NCBI GenBank assembly: GCA_963748135.1
Contig: CAVVHY010000033.1
Location: 9,821-73,820 of the forward strand
DNA: 64,000 bases
Direction: 5' to 3'
Source of the DNA: an uncultured Gammaproteobacteria bacterium
Lineage (GTDB): Bacteria; Pseudomonadota; Gammaproteobacteria; JBGSLN01
The position numbers and the translations under genes were made by a program. The notes below the pieces were generated by a model. That model saw only the letters and a program-made list of their open reading frames with translations, did no database searches and was not told where the DNA came from. Position 1 is the stretch's first letter. Every line of letters starts with the position of its first letter. Shown here one piece after another: positions 52,129 to 62,610 of this stretch.

Positions 52129-52788
52129 TTGAGGGATTTGGCAATGGCAGAAGCAGATAATGATGCATTAGCCTTAGTGCATTTGCGCAATGAATTTTAT
52201 CGCGACAATTATCGCAAGGTGGTTGGTGTTCTATTGTTTGCCATCATTATCTTATTTATTCTCGCGGGCGCGCTGGTATATATGGTAACTCACCCGCCAA
52301 CACCAAAATATTTTGCCACCGACCCGCAAGGGCGTTTGATTAGATTGCCACCACTTAATAAGCCAAATTTGTCAAAACCGGCGTTGTTACAATGGGCAAA
52401 CATTGCTGCCGTGGCGGCGTTTTCGTATAACTTTGTGAATTATCGTCAGCAATTGCAGGCGGCATCAGAGTTTTTTACCAATTCCGGGTGGCGGGCCTTT
52501 ATCAAGGCGCTTGATGAATCCAACAACTTGAATGCCGTGATTGCCAAAAAATTGGTGGTTTCCGCAGTCGCGCAGGGGGCACCCGTGATCTTGCAAGAGG
52601 GAATTATTGGCGGTCGCTATGCTTGGCGAGTACAAATGCCCCTATTGATTACATATCAAAGTGCTAACCAGTTAACTCAGCAACAGGTTGTGGTCACGAT
52701 GTTGATTACTCGCATCTCAACCCTGGAATCGGCAAAAGGGATTGGGATCGCACAATTCGTCGTTTCCGGTGGCGGTGGTTTGAGTTAA
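52129..52788 (+). CDS. icmL: Dot/Icm T4BSS inner-membrane protein IcmL/DotI
   Basis: About 212 aa. One TM, then a periplasmic domain. Position and size fit. Start is probably the Met at 52144. Confidence 0.7.
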   Translation: MRDLAMAEADNDALALVHLRNEFYRDNYRKVVGVLLFAIIILFILAGALVYMVTHPPTPKYFATDPQGRLIRLPPLNKPNLSKPALLQWANIAAVAAFSYNFVNYRQQLQAASEFFTNSGWRAFIKALDESNNLNAVIAKKLVVSAVAQGAPVILQEGIIGGRYAWRVQMPLLITYQSANQLTQQQVVVTMLITRISTLESAKGIGIAQFVVSGGGGLS

Positions 52789-52895
52789 ACTCTGTTTAGT
52801 TAATAGGGTTGAATTGTCAATAAGCCCGAATAATAACGAGAAAAGTTGGCTGGGTTTATAACCAGCCGCAAAAAGTTAGGATAAGAATTAACAGC

Positions 52896-54098
52896 ATGAC
52901 GATTAAGATAAGACTTACAAGCATAATCAGATATAGCTGTAGCTGCGTCCTATTGGGGTTTGCAGGTGTAGCAACCGTTATGGCACAACAAGTCGATCAA
53001 CAATCCAGTACCGAACAAATGTTAAGTCAGATTCGTCATCTGCAACAAACGGCAGCCAAGACCTCGACAGCAGAGTCCCAACATAAATTACAGACAGCGA
53101 CTAAGTTAGCAAACGGCGGAACCATTGAATATGGCCCTGAGTCAATGACCGACGTGGGTGGTAAGCAAGGTGCAGGCCAAGGTTCACTATACCAAGGTAA
53201 GTTATATTCACACATGACTAAGAAACGCGGTGCAGGTGGTACTGGTGGCAAGACACCACCATTTCGAGCGCCGTTCCAATCAGCGCAACCGCACAGGACA
53301 TCCGATGAACGGCAAGTTGATAAGCAGGCGTTTAAGGGAACAATTAATAACATTTTGCCGATGACACCGGATCAAATTCATCGCCTAAAACAATTGTATA
53401 CGGCATCACAATATGCTGCAGCAGTACCTGCTGGGACACCGCCAAAACCAACCGCAACTTCCTTAAATGTGGATCTATCCCCCGGTGCCTCACCGCCAGC
53501 GATAAACCTGTCCGAGGGTGACATTACAGCACTGGTATTCCTTGATTCTACAGGGGCACCGTGGCCGATAGCGGCAATCGATAATGGTAATCCACAGTCA
53601 TTTAATATCCAATGGAATAAAACCGATAATGTATTATTTGTACAATCTATCAAGGCCTTTGGTCACGGCAATTTGGCAGTACGACTTCGTAAACTTGGGC
53701 CGCCAGTCATGATTACCTTAATCACCAATACCTCGGTTGAGAATGGGGGCGGTGCGGTAGATTATCGTGTTGATATGCGTGTGCCAGGCTATGGTCCAAA
53801 TGCTAAACCATTGCCAGTCAGTGGCCTTCCAGGGACAGCCAGTCCTCTATTGTTAAATGTCTTGGATGGTATCCCGCCAGATAATAGTAAGCGGCTTGTA
53901 GTAGCTAATGACGCTGGTCAAGCGTGGTTGGTAAATAATAAAGTCTACCTTAGAACACGCTATACGTTGCTATCTCCCGGCTGGTTAGCGACGATGTCCA
54001 GTGCTGATGGCACCAATGCCTATGAACTGCAAAAGACGCCATTATTGCTGATGTCGCAAAATGGCAAGGTCACAGAAATCAAAATAGAGGGATTTTGA
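52896..54098 (+). CDS. icmK: Dot/Icm T4BSS outer-membrane core protein IcmK/DotH
   Basis: 400 aa with a signal peptide. Positioned between icmL and icmE. Confidence 0.65.
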   Translation: MTIKIRLTSIIRYSCSCVLLGFAGVATVMAQQVDQQSSTEQMLSQIRHLQQTAAKTSTAESQHKLQTATKLANGGTIEYGPESMTDVGGKQGAGQGSLYQGKLYSHMTKKRGAGGTGGKTPPFRAPFQSAQPHRTSDERQVDKQAFKGTINNILPMTPDQIHRLKQLYTASQYAAAVPAGTPPKPTATSLNVDLSPGASPPAINLSEGDITALVFLDSTGAPWPIAAIDNGNPQSFNIQWNKTDNVLFVQSIKAFGHGNLAVRLRKLGPPVMITLITNTSVENGGGAVDYRVDMRVPGYGPNAKPLPVSGLPGTASPLLLNVLDGIPPDNSKRLVVANDAGQAWLVNNKVYLRTRYTLLSPGWLATMSSADGTNAYELQKTPLLLMSQNGKVTEIKIEGF

Positions 54099-54101
54099 TT
54101 T

Positions 54102-56039
54102 ATGGGAGTAAGAGCGCAAAACTTCAAAAACCTATTTGCTGATGCCAGAAGCCGCACAATAATTGTTATTACCCTGACAATCGTCTTTATTGGTATTGCG
54201 GCTGGAATATATATCTTCATGCGGGAAAGTGGTGGTCCGGGCACCAAGGCAGAATTGCAGGAAACCCCAGGTGGTATACAAGGTATTCCGGGAAGTTTTA
54301 ATCCTTCAGAGCAATATGCCAAATTGCAAAAAAAGGCTAACCTTGAGCGGGCACAACAAGCCGAGAAATCAGGCGGCAGTGCGATTCCAACGATTATTCG
54401 CTATACCAAGCCTGGTGAAGGGCAAGCCGGAACGACACCGAGCGGTGCACCGTGGCAAGAAGGGCTGGGTTTCCAACAATTGGCGCAAACTCAAGGTCAA
54501 GGGGCACCCAAGGGCTTGGCGATTGAAGAAGTCAAACGTAGTAATTGTTCTGAAAAAGATTTAGCAGAAGCTAAAAAATTAGGGGCGACTGTTGAGGAAT
54601 TACGTGAGGCAGGTTGTAGTGCCGATCAACTGCGTGCCGCAGGCTATAATACTGACCAATTACAAAAAGGCGGTTTCAGTGCCTGCGATCTATTAAGTGG
54701 CGGGCAAGGATTGCGTCCTGAGGCCTTGAAAAATGCTGGCTATAGTGCTGGTGAGTTGCGCGGTGTTGGCTTCAATGCCTGCCAATTGAAACGTGCTGGC
54801 TATAGTGCTAAGCAATTATGTAAGGCGGGTTTTACCCCTGAAGAATTAAAAGGTGTTGGATTTAGTGATAATCAAATCCGACAGGCATGTACTGGAATAC
54901 AAGTTGCCGGTGTCCCAGTATTACCTAGTTATCCGGGTTTGCCATCAGGTGTGACCCCGGATTCATTAAGGGCGGCAGGGTGCTCGCCGGCTGCTCTTGA
55001 GCGAGATCGCAAACAAGGTGTGAGTGCTGAGGCGATAAGACGTTATGTTGGTTGTAATGCATCACAATTAAAGGCAGGCGGTTATACAGCGGCCCAACTT
55101 AGAAAGGCAGGCTTTACCGCGGGTGAATTGAGAGCGGCTGGATTTACACCTAAACAACTTAAAGCTGCTGGCTACACTGCTGGGGATATGTTGGCCGCTG
55201 GTTATACGCCGGATCAACTTAAAAAGGCTGGTTATTCGCCCGATCAAATTGCGAATGGCGAAGATCAAGTGAATGCCTTAGGTTTGCCAACAGGTGTTAC
55301 GCCAGAGTTGCTCAAAAAGAGGGGCTGTGGTGTTGATGCGGTGAAGCAAGCCCGGGCAGAGGGTGTAAGTGCCACCGAGATGCGCAAAATTGGTTGTACT
55401 GCAGCACAATTAAAAGCGGGTGGATATACCGCTAAAGAATTGAAAGACGCTGGTTTCACGGCCGCTGAATTAAAGGCTGCCGGATTTACGGCTGCCCAGT
55501 TAAAGGCCGCTGGTTTTACTGCTAAACAGCTTAAGGATGCGGGTTTCACAGCAGCCGAATTAAAGGCTGCTGGATTTACAGCCAAACAATTAAAAGATGC
55601 CGGTTTTAGTGCGCAAGACCTCAAGGATGCGGGCTTTACTGCCGGAGAACTCAAGGACGCGGGCTTTAGTGCTGCCCAGTTAAAGGCCGCTGGTTTTACT
55701 GCTAAACAGCTCAAAGATGCGGGTTTTTCCGCCGCTGACTTAAAGGATGCCGGTTTTGGCGCCAATGCTTTGAAGAACGCAGGTTATACCGCAGAACAAC
55801 TCAAGGATGCGGGTTATTCAGCACAACAACTTAAAAATGCGGGATTTAGCCCTGCCCAGTTAAAGACGGCCGGTTTTGATGCCAAAGCCCTCAAAGATGC
55901 CGGTTTCACGGCTGCACAGTTGAAAGACGCTGGTTATACGGCCAAGCAGCTCAAGGATGCTGGGTTTAATCCTGCTCAATTGCGCCGGGCAGGTTTTACC
56001 CCATCGCAACTCCGGGGCGCTGGTTTTACCTCTGATTAA
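54102..56039 (+). CDS. icmE: IcmE/DotG N-terminal part: TM segment plus long array of AGF(T/S)AxxLKx decapeptide repeats; ends at an in-frame TAA
   Basis: A TM near residue 20. More than 40 repeats of the DotG-type motif (AGFTAAELKAAGFTAKQLKDAGF...). Stop TAA at 56037-56039. Confidence 0.85.
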   Translation: MGVRAQNFKNLFADARSRTIIVITLTIVFIGIAAGIYIFMRESGGPGTKAELQETPGGIQGIPGSFNPSEQYAKLQKKANLERAQQAEKSGGSAIPTIIRYTKPGEGQAGTTPSGAPWQEGLGFQQLAQTQGQGAPKGLAIEEVKRSNCSEKDLAEAKKLGATVEELREAGCSADQLRAAGYNTDQLQKGGFSACDLLSGGQGLRPEALKNAGYSAGELRGVGFNACQLKRAGYSAKQLCKAGFTPEELKGVGFSDNQIRQACTGIQVAGVPVLPSYPGLPSGVTPDSLRAAGCSPAALERDRKQGVSAEAIRRYVGCNASQLKAGGYTAAQLRKAGFTAGELRAAGFTPKQLKAAGYTAGDMLAAGYTPDQLKKAGYSPDQIANGEDQVNALGLPTGVTPELLKKRGCGVDAVKQARAEGVSATEMRKIGCTAAQLKAGGYTAKELKDAGFTAAELKAAGFTAAQLKAAGFTAKQLKDAGFTAAELKAAGFTAKQLKDAGFSAQDLKDAGFTAGELKDAGFSAAQLKAAGFTAKQLKDAGFSAADLKDAGFGANALKNAGYTAEQLKDAGYSAQQLKNAGFSPAQLKTAGFDAKALKDAGFTAAQLKDAGYTAKQLKDAGFNPAQLRRAGFTPSQLRGAGFTSD

Positions 56040-56897
56040 TTGGCCCAAGCTGGTATTACCCCGATTGGGGCAGCGCAACCGGCAGTTACTTCAACGCAAG
56101 GTCAGGCTCCTACGACGCAGGAAGCCCAAGAACAAAGACAAATCGCAGAGCAACAGTTACAACAAAAGGTACAAATCGCGCAAGCCAACATGATTACCCA
56201 GGCAGGGCAATTGTTTTCTGCCTGGAAACCGGTTACCCAAGCATATGAAGAAGGCGAAAAGCCCAAGACAGGGGAAAGCGCAGGTGGTGGTTCTGGTGGC
56301 ACGGGCCAAGGCGGGTCAAGTGGTAGTAGTGGTAAAGCACCATTGATTCGGGCCGGTACTATCTATTTTGCTGTCTTAGATACGGCGGTTAATAGTGATC
56401 AACCGGGCCCTGTGATGGCAACCATCGTTGCCGGACGTTATAAGGGCGCGAAATTATTAGGTACCATGTCAACCTTTCCGCCCCATGGTAAAAAGGTGAT
56501 GTTGACCTTCCAAACCATGACGGTCAAATGGCTACCAAGTAGTATTAGTGTCGATGCAGTGGCTATTGACCCTAATACTGCGCGCACTGCTTTATCGAGT
56601 AAAACTAATAACCATATTCTCTTAAAATATGGCACCTTGTTTGCGGCCTCTTTCCTTGAAGGCTATGGGCAGGCGTTCTTGCAGTCAGGGCAGCAAATTG
56701 TATCGACTGCATCATCAACGACCTCAAGTACACCTAATTTGAGTCCAGCAGGTAAGATTTATGTGGCCTTAGGTAATGTCGGTAATAAATTCGGTAGTGC
56801 ACTGCAGCAGTTATATAATATGCCGCCAACAGTACAAGTATACCAAGGGACGGGATTAGGTATTTTATTTATGAGTGATGTAGCCGCACCTTCATAA
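56040..56897 (+). CDS. icmE: IcmE/DotG C-terminal VirB10/TrbI-like domain, in the same frame directly after the TAA (TTG as first codon)
   Basis: 285 aa. The TrbI-like region (APLIRAGTIYFAVLDTAVNSDQPGPVMATIVAGRYKGAKLLG...) would normally be fused to the repeat region in one about 1000-aa protein. Confidence 0.75.
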   Translation: MAQAGITPIGAAQPAVTSTQGQAPTTQEAQEQRQIAEQQLQQKVQIAQANMITQAGQLFSAWKPVTQAYEEGEKPKTGESAGGGSGGTGQGGSSGSSGKAPLIRAGTIYFAVLDTAVNSDQPGPVMATIVAGRYKGAKLLGTMSTFPPHGKKVMLTFQTMTVKWLPSSISVDAVAIDPNTARTALSSKTNNHILLKYGTLFAASFLEGYGQAFLQSGQQIVSTASSTTSSTPNLSPAGKIYVALGNVGNKFGSALQQLYNMPPTVQVYQGTGLGILFMSDVAAPS

Positions 56898-57075
56898 GCG
56901 TTGTGCCCATCACATGATAGGGTATTATGAATATTGAGACTGAATTTAAAAGTTTCAAGGATGAGAGAGGTAAGAAGTAAGACTTACGAATAACGTAAAA
57001 TAATAACAAATGTGCTATACATATTAATATATAGTGAGTATGCGCCAAAATGTATGTAGATATTAGGTAATTCAC

Positions 57076-57879
57076 ATGGCAGACGAAGAAATAAGACCCG
57101 CATCCGACGATGAATTCCATTTTTCAGAGGAAACAGCGGAAACCCAACAAAATGTTTTTGCCACACCGGCGGCGACCAAAGGTAGTCGTTTTGGCAAACT
57201 TAATATGCGTAATGTTTTTATTGCGATAGGGATTGTGGTATTACTTTTTGTGATCTACAAATTGGTTGGAGTATTCTTCGAAACGAGCTCCAATAAGGCG
57301 ACCAAAAAAACTACAACAACCCAGCAGCAGGTACAAACAAAAAAAACAATCGAAACTAAGCAAGCCCAGACTAACCAACAAGAAGTCCAGCAGCCACAAC
57401 TCCCAAGTAAGCAAATCCCTGGATTTAGTGAGCAAAGTGAACAAGAGCAAACTGTTCAGCAACCAAAAACTGAGCAGCAGATTCAAACCTTGCAAAATAG
57501 GGTAAATAACTTGTCAAACTCTGTATCACAGATGCAAGATTCGTTAAATACCATTGTTAATCAATTAAATACCATTACCCAAAAACTCTCGGAACAAGAA
57601 GAAAAGTTAGCAACCATGAAACGTCCGGTGGTGGTAAAGCGAAAAGTGCATCGGCCTAGAGCGGTAGTTAAACGGCCTAAAAAAGTCGTACCTAAAACTG
57701 TCTATCATATTCAAGCTATGATGCCAGGCAGGGCATGGCTAATCAGCTCTGATGGCTTTACGATTAATGTCACCACTGGTTCGTCAATTCCTGGATATGG
57801 CGTTGTTAGAGGCATTTATCCGACAAGAGGTGTCGTGACTACCAGTACAAATGCTATAATACGATATATGGGTTTATAA
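57076..57879 (+). CDS. icmG: Dot/Icm T4BSS inner-membrane protein IcmG/DotF
   Basis: 267 aa. Single TM after an acidic N-terminus. Q-rich coiled-coil periplasmic region. Position after icmE. Confidence 0.6.
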   Translation: MADEEIRPASDDEFHFSEETAETQQNVFATPAATKGSRFGKLNMRNVFIAIGIVVLLFVIYKLVGVFFETSSNKATKKTTTTQQQVQTKKTIETKQAQTNQQEVQQPQLPSKQIPGFSEQSEQEQTVQQPKTEQQIQTLQNRVNNLSNSVSQMQDSLNTIVNQLNTITQKLSEQEEKLATMKRPVVVKRKVHRPRAVVKRPKKVVPKTVYHIQAMMPGRAWLISSDGFTINVTTGSSIPGYGVVRGIYPTRGVVTTSTNAIIRYMGL

Positions 57880-57894
57880 TATTGGTAGTTAACT

Positions 57895-58494
57895 ATGGTA
57901 TTGAGTAATAATAGGCTGATAGCATATTTTACATTGTGCCTGGGATTGTTATTGTTAGCAGGTTGCCAAGGGAATGATCCTAATTTGCAAACGATGTTAA
58001 TTAATTTGCAAAGTTCATATCCAAATCTTTGGCGTTTGCTTACAGCTACGGCTTATGTGGTGGGATTCTTTTTTATTTTACGTGCCATACATTATATGAA
58101 GGTGTATGGCGAAATGCGTACTATGATGGCGAGTAATGCGAGTGTTAAGACACCGGTTACTTTGATCATCGTAGGCTCGGCATTGATTTATGCTCCGACT
58201 GCGTTTCAGACGTTGATGATGACAACCTTTGGTAGCGCAAATGTAACGCCATTATCATATGCTGGTCATTACAGCGGCTGGAGTAATCAGGCAACCGTGG
58301 CATTATTGGGCTTAGTGCAGATTATCGGTTTAATCGCCTTCATTAGAGGGTGGATTTTTTTGGCCCGGGCTGGTGAACAAAGTTCGCAACCTGGGGCATT
58401 TGGAAAGGGAATGACCCATATTATTGGTGGCTTATTGGCGATTAATATTGTGGGTACATGGGATGTAATAAAGGCAACATTAGGTTATAGTTAA
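57895..58494 (+). CDS. icmC: Dot/Icm T4BSS membrane protein IcmC/DotE
   Basis: 199 aa. Lipobox-like LLLAGC plus 3-4 TM segments. Position between icmG and icmD. Confidence 0.6.
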   Translation: MVLSNNRLIAYFTLCLGLLLLAGCQGNDPNLQTMLINLQSSYPNLWRLLTATAYVVGFFFILRAIHYMKVYGEMRTMMASNASVKTPVTLIIVGSALIYAPTAFQTLMMTTFGSANVTPLSYAGHYSGWSNQATVALLGLVQIIGLIAFIRGWIFLARAGEQSSQPGAFGKGMTHIIGGLLAINIVGTWDVIKATLGYS

Positions 58495-58518
58495 TTTCTA
58501 TCTGGGGAGGAAACAAAG

Positions 58519-58920
58519 GTGTATAAAACGCAGACAAAGGGCTCTTTAAGAATGTTGTATCTATCGCTATCGATGTTTTTGGTGACGCTACTTAGCATGA
58601 TAGCTGAAACAGCGTTTGCTGGAACGATGACCATTGGCAGTGTTGCTGCAAATATCACTGACACCATGAGTAGTCTGGCAAAATTGATTACCGCGGGTTC
58701 TTACGTGGCAGGATTTGGTTTTGCTGTGGGCGCCATTCTAAAGTTTAAAGCGCACAAAGATAATCCAACTCAGATCCCAGTGGGCACGCCGATTGCATTA
58801 ATATTTATTGCAGCGGCATTGATATTTTTACCAACAATCTTCGGTGTATCTGGCGTTACCATGTTTGGTTCAGGCGCCTCTACTGGTGGCACTGAGGGTG
58901 TTACATCATTTGCACATTAA
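58519..58920 (+). CDS. icmD: Dot/Icm T4BSS membrane protein IcmD/DotP
   Basis: 133 aa with 3 hydrophobic segments. Size and position match IcmD. Confidence 0.6.
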   Translation: MYKTQTKGSLRMLYLSLSMFLVTLLSMIAETAFAGTMTIGSVAANITDTMSSLAKLITAGSYVAGFGFAVGAILKFKAHKDNPTQIPVGTPIALIFIAAALIFLPTIFGVSGVTMFGSGASTGGTEGVTSFAH

Positions 58921-58923
58921 AAG

Positions 58924-59535
58924 ATGTATCAACTTGAGCTAAAAATTCAGCCTAATGCGTGGCGGGTATTTGCTGCGCGTAAGGCTGATCCGGCATTTGC
59001 CAAATTTAGCGAAAAGGTTTTTCGTCGCGATAATTACACATGCCAATTTTGTGGTTTCCAAGCCAAGGAATATCAAGAAGTAATTAATCGTGACCAAAAT
59101 TATTATAATAATAAATTGCCAAATATGGTGACTGCTTGTTGCTTTTGCACACAGTGTTTCTTTTTGGACGCCGTTGGGGTGAGCTATGGTGGCGGTACAT
59201 TAATCTATCTACCTGAAATTAGTCAGGCTAGCCTGAATAGTTTTTGTCATGTAATCTTCTGTGCTATTACCAATGACACGGGGTATCGATCAACGGCACA
59301 GTCGATTTATCGGAGCTTTAAGTTTCGCGCGCAAGTGGTTGAGGATCAGTTTGGTGAAGGGGCGAGTGATCCGGGGGTATTTTCCCAACTGCTTATTGAT
59401 ACGCAAAGTGATAATCTATCAATTATAAAAGATTTACTGACGAATGTAAGACTACTCCCATCAAGGGCGCGTTTTAAAACCCAAATTGAAACTTGGGCAG
59501 CAACTGCGCTTGAGGAATTGGGCTCTGAATTTTAG
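58924..59535 (+). CDS. icmJ: Dot/Icm T4BSS cytoplasmic Cys-rich protein IcmJ/DotN
   Basis: 203 aa. Cys cluster CQFCGF...CCFCTQC typical of the zinc-binding DotN. Confidence 0.7.
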   Translation: MYQLELKIQPNAWRVFAARKADPAFAKFSEKVFRRDNYTCQFCGFQAKEYQEVINRDQNYYNNKLPNMVTACCFCTQCFFLDAVGVSYGGGTLIYLPEISQASLNSFCHVIFCAITNDTGYRSTAQSIYRSFKFRAQVVEDQFGEGASDPGVFSQLLIDTQSDNLSIIKDLLTNVRLLPSRARFKTQIETWAATALEELGSEF

Positions 59536-59544
59536 GACAGGGAT

Positions 59545-62500
59545 ATGGCTAGTATTATTGATCCAGTTTTAGATGCGGTTGATTCTTTTGTTGCCTGGTT
59601 GAGCTCATCACTCAAACAGACAATCGAATCTTATTGTGAACTTGAAACTGCGGATGATAAAACCACATTAGTTGCCCATGATGGTTCACTAATATCAGTG
59701 ATTCGCATAGTTGGTGCCAAGGCCTTGTTAGGTGCCCCTGAATTTGAACGTCTACACGAGGGATTGAGTGTCAGTTTGCGCTCTGCCATGTCACGTCCTG
59801 GTCACGCCTTGCAAGTCTTGTTTAATTACGATCGTGAAGCGGTGGTTGACACTATACGAGATATCTTGGAGCCCGCCCAGGATACAGCACACCGTTTAAA
59901 CTTAGAGTTAGATGACTTATTTAACGAACGGGTGCGTTACTTAAGTGGTTATTGTGCGCAAGAGAGTGTTTATTTTGTTTTATGGACACGGCCCAAGGTC
60001 CTTACCTCAGAGCAATTAAAAGGGGCTAATAAAGAAAAACAGAAATTCATTAAAGAAAAAAAGTTGCCTGCCTTTAAACGCACACAAAATGTTATCGCGC
60101 CATTCCCGGAGCTTCGCAATGCCCATGACTCATTTGTCCGTGGCACCCTAAATGATTTAAGTTCATTGGACATTGCGGCAGAATTAATAGCTATCCATGA
60201 TGCCTGTCGCGCTATTCGTATGACCATCGACCCTAATTTTACTTCACGCGAATGGGAACCGGTGTTACCAGGCGATAAAATCAAACCGAAGCTTTATAAA
60301 AAATCGCGGGGTGAATTATCCGATTTACTTTGGCCTTCCTTGGCGCAACAATTATTACCACGTGATGCAGAGAATCTTGATTTAAAAACTGCACGCATCG
60401 GCGACAAGATTTATTCATCTGTGTTTATCGATTTATTTCCAAAAGAAATACGTAACTTCATCCATTTATTTCGTCGGGTATTGGCTGCTCGGATACCATG
60501 GCGGATCTCATTTTTTATTGAGAGTAGTGGCCTAGAGACTGTGCGCATGAAATCACTATTAGCTGCAATATTAAGCTTTTCTTCCGCGCAAAATCGGTTG
60601 ATCAGTGATGCCTATAATCTCTTAAATTATATTCAATTAAATACCGATGATGCGGTCGTGAGATTGCGCGTAGCTGCATGTACCTGGGCCAACGAAGGCC
60701 AAATCGGATTACTGCGCACCCGTACTGCTGAACTTGCCAAGGCGATAGAGGGTTGGGGTTCGTGTAATGTTTCTGAGGTATCGGGCGATGCCTTTGCGGG
60801 TGTTGCATCTAGTATGCTGGCCGTGACTTCGCAAAGTGTCGCCAATCCATCGGTTGCGCCATTGTCAGATGTTCTCTACATGTTACCAGTGACGCGACCT
60901 GCATCCCCCTGGAAACGGGGGGCACAATTGTTTCGTACACCGGATGGTAAACCATGGCCATATCAACCCGGTTCTGCAGAACAAACCACTTGGATTGATT
61001 TAATGTATGCCAGACCTGGTTCGGGTAAATCAGTATTGTCTAATACCATAAATTTAGCCTTGTGCTTATCTGCAGGTATAAAACGATTACCGCGAATCGC
61101 TATTGTTGATATTGGCCCATCAAGTAGTGGTTTAATATCATTGTTAAAAGAGGCATTACCAAAAAATCAAAAACACTTGGCGGCTTATCATCGCTTACGG
61201 ATGACGCCTGATTATTCGGTTAATCCTTTTGATACACAATTAGGTGCCCGCTTCCCAACACCACAAGAACGGGCATATTTAGTTAATTTCTTAACCTTAT
61301 TGGCTACACCGGTAGGCTCGGATAAACCTTATGATGGTATTACAGACTTGGCCGGTTTGGTTGTTGATGAACTTTATAAAAATTTAGCGGATGACGGTAA
61401 TCCCTATACTTATACCCCTGGTATTGAACCATTGATCGATGGCATCCTGGAAGAGATTGGTTTTGTTAAGGATCAACGAACAACATGGTGGGAAGTCACC
61501 GATGCATTATTTATTGCTGGTTTTAGTCATGAGGCTATGATGGCACAACGTTATGCCATGCCACTATTATCTGATGCAGCATCAATTTGCCGTACGGCAA
61601 CGATTGAAGATTTATATGGTAAAATCATTGCCCCGACGGGAGAAACCATTATTAATGCCTTTGGTCGGATGATTTCTAGTGCAGTGCGCGAGTATCCTAT
61701 TTTATCACGTGTTACCGTTTTTGATTTGGGTGAAGCGCGTATTGTGTCTTTAGATTTGGATGAAGTTGCTAAGAGTGGGGGTGATGCTGCAGATAGACAG
61801 ACGGCAGTGATGTATATGTTGTCACGTTATATCTTGGCTCGTCATTATTATTTGACCGAGGAAAATCTCAGTGATTTCCCTGATACTTATCATGACTATC
61901 ATAAGGCAAGGATAAAAGAGATTCGCGAAGATCCAAAGCGTTTGGTTTACGATGAATTCCACCGTACTGCAAAAGCAGAGGCTGTTCGTGAACAAGTGGT
62001 AATAGATATGCGTGAGGGTCGTAAGTGGAATGTACAGATTGCCTTGATTTCGCAATCAGTGGAGGACTTTGATCCAGTCATGATTGAGTTTGGTACCTCA
62101 ATCTATATTATGGATGCAGGCCCACAAGCAGCAATTGAGAAAACCACACAAATCTTTGGCTTAAGTGAGACGGGTAAAACAGCACTCAGAACGCGTGTCC
62201 ATGGTCCACAGGCAGGTGGTGCAACTTTCTTGGCGCAGTTTGCTACCAAATTTGGTATGAATACCCAGTTATTAACTTCAACCATTGGTCCAATTGAATT
62301 ATGGGCATTTAGTACCACGGCCGAGGATGCCCACATCCGCAATCAATTATATAAGCGGCTCGGACCAGTTGAGACTCGACGTGTCTTGGCAACGATCTTC
62401 CCATCAGGTTCAGCTAAGCGTTATATTGAGCAACGGTTAAATCTCTTGAAGGAAGAAAAAGGCTTAATTGAAGAGGTTAAGCCAATGACCATCGTTGAAG

Positions 62501-62568
62501 AATTAATTGATGAGATTATCGAGGCTTATACTAAAGATCCAAATTTCAAGAGTCTGCCGGTGCGGTAG
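59545..62568 (+). CDS. icmB: Dot/Icm T4BSS ATPase IcmB/DotO (VirB4-like)
   Basis: 1007 aa (DotO is about 1010). Walker A ARPGSGKSV. Terminal gene of the icmN..icmB run. Confidence 0.85.
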   Translation: MASIIDPVLDAVDSFVAWLSSSLKQTIESYCELETADDKTTLVAHDGSLISVIRIVGAKALLGAPEFERLHEGLSVSLRSAMSRPGHALQVLFNYDREAVVDTIRDILEPAQDTAHRLNLELDDLFNERVRYLSGYCAQESVYFVLWTRPKVLTSEQLKGANKEKQKFIKEKKLPAFKRTQNVIAPFPELRNAHDSFVRGTLNDLSSLDIAAELIAIHDACRAIRMTIDPNFTSREWEPVLPGDKIKPKLYKKSRGELSDLLWPSLAQQLLPRDAENLDLKTARIGDKIYSSVFIDLFPKEIRNFIHLFRRVLAARIPWRISFFIESSGLETVRMKSLLAAILSFSSAQNRLISDAYNLLNYIQLNTDDAVVRLRVAACTWANEGQIGLLRTRTAELAKAIEGWGSCNVSEVSGDAFAGVASSMLAVTSQSVANPSVAPLSDVLYMLPVTRPASPWKRGAQLFRTPDGKPWPYQPGSAEQTTWIDLMYARPGSGKSVLSNTINLALCLSAGIKRLPRIAIVDIGPSSSGLISLLKEALPKNQKHLAAYHRLRMTPDYSVNPFDTQLGARFPTPQERAYLVNFLTLLATPVGSDKPYDGITDLAGLVVDELYKNLADDGNPYTYTPGIEPLIDGILEEIGFVKDQRTTWWEVTDALFIAGFSHEAMMAQRYAMPLLSDAASICRTATIEDLYGKIIAPTGETIINAFGRMISSAVREYPILSRVTVFDLGEARIVSLDLDEVAKSGGDAADRQTAVMYMLSRYILARHYYLTEENLSDFPDTYHDYHKARIKEIREDPKRLVYDEFHRTAKAEAVREQVVIDMREGRKWNVQIALISQSVEDFDPVMIEFGTSIYIMDAGPQAAIEKTTQIFGLSETGKTALRTRVHGPQAGGATFLAQFATKFGMNTQLLTSTIGPIELWAFSTTAEDAHIRNQLYKRLGPVETRRVLATIFPSGSAKRYIEQRLNLLKEEKGLIEEVKPMTIVEELIDEIIEAYTKDPNFKSLPVR

Positions 62569-62610
62569 CATTTGTTGTGTTATAGTTAAATCTGTGGATA
62601 TATTTTTTCT

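Noticed and set aside
55265-55765. 166-aa minus-strand ORF (AAVKPASL repeats), plus 48190..48544 plus-strand ORFs
   Set aside because: These are antisense translations of the icmE decapeptide-repeat DNA and of the PAGR repeat DNA. They are repeat artefacts.
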